Shown here: positions 63,122 to 64,000 of the stretch, one piece after another
Position numbering within the stretch: the first letter of the stretch is position 1
Layout of the letters: each line of letters starts with the position of its first letter
The notes under the pieces: generated by a model
Database searches by the model: none
Told to the model about the DNA's origin: nothing
What the model saw: the letters and a program-made list of their open reading frames with translations, nothing else
Assembly: GCF_031769215.1 (NCBI RefSeq)
Contig: NW_026781872.1
Coordinates: 434,001-498,000, forward strand
Source of the DNA: Ylistrum balloti
Lineage: Eukaryota
DNA: 64,000 nucleotides
Direction: 5' to 3'
Program-made: the position numbers and the translations under genes

Positions 63122-64000
63122 CTGTAACACACATTACATCACTCAAACTGTGTCAACCATGCTTTAGGCCCAGGCTTCGCAGGGCTTTAAGTCTGCATAT
63201 ATCATGGGTGGGCTTATTACTGGACATGGGCTTACTGTTGAGTAAATATGGTATTACAGTACAACATGCTTAGCCCTCAAAACACTGTAAACTACAAAAA
63301 CGTTAATTATTTATGATTGTTATCAATACTGAATAACTGATGAAGTTTGTGAATATCATACCACTGTATCAACACTCAATTTCATAACCATTAAACATGC
63401 ACAAAAAAGTAAAGAATTCAAAAAGTCAAAATGGTTTTTTTTGTTTAGTTTCCCTCTATCTTAGAGCTGTTACCTTTCTTATCCTGTTGAAATATCAGTG
63501 ATTTAGAGAAATATTTCCCAACAAATGCAAATCCGGAAATATCTGATGAAAAATCATTATCACAGAATATCTAAGGCCACTAACATCCAACTTCAGTATT
63601 TACCTTGAAGAACTGATGAATTTTTAATCTATTTGTTTTGGGCACTGTAGCCATGGCAACATGGGTTGGATTATTGTAGTTCATTAACAAAAACACCTGA
63701 GTTAACAAAGCCAGTAACACACAAGATAATACCTAAATGAATTCCCACCCCCCCCCCCCCATAAATGAATAGTATAGTCTACATCAAGGAGACAGAGCAT
63801 TCCATTACCATCCACTAGGTTTAGGTTGATGTAATATACATGTATCATGTTTAACCAACTGTTGGACAGTGCTGATCAAATATTAAAGGGGCTCTGCCCA
63901 TAAAATTGTTAAGTATCAAGACTATTCAAACCAATGCTGTATCCCAAGGGATGTATATCGTGAGAATCATCACAGTTATTTATAGCCATAGTGTGAAATA

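Overview
AT-rich animal genomic DNA with spliceosomal GT-AG introns. The repeat types suggest a bivalve mollusc (inference). I reconstructed four protein-coding genes by hand, with reading frame and intron phase checked across every junction. (1) + strand, 5730-19134: a 15-exon gene for a DUF4874+DUF4832 protein (a bacterial-type putative glycoside hydrolase) with a C-terminal CBM4/9-like beta-sandwich. Its start exon was not found, and it has one GC-AG intron. (2) - strand, 24515-26692: a single-coding-exon GT31 (beta-1,3-glycosyltransferase, brainiac-like) gene with two complete catalytic domains joined by a linker containing an RIKR furin-type site. (3) - strand, 35483-40678: a 6-exon PAP2/PLPP (wunen-like) lipid phosphate phosphatase. 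(4) - strand, 52665-63121: the 3' 12 exons of kinesin KIF9, which continues beyond the window. There are also three or four decayed Penelope-like retroelement remnants and about 13 tandem arrays covering roughly a fifth to a quarter of the window. One array is a 61-bp unit that multiplied a KIF9 exon end plus its 5' splice site about 27 times. Almost all short ORFs in the supplied track are repeat-derived or spurious. No rRNA, tRNA or CRISPR array was found.
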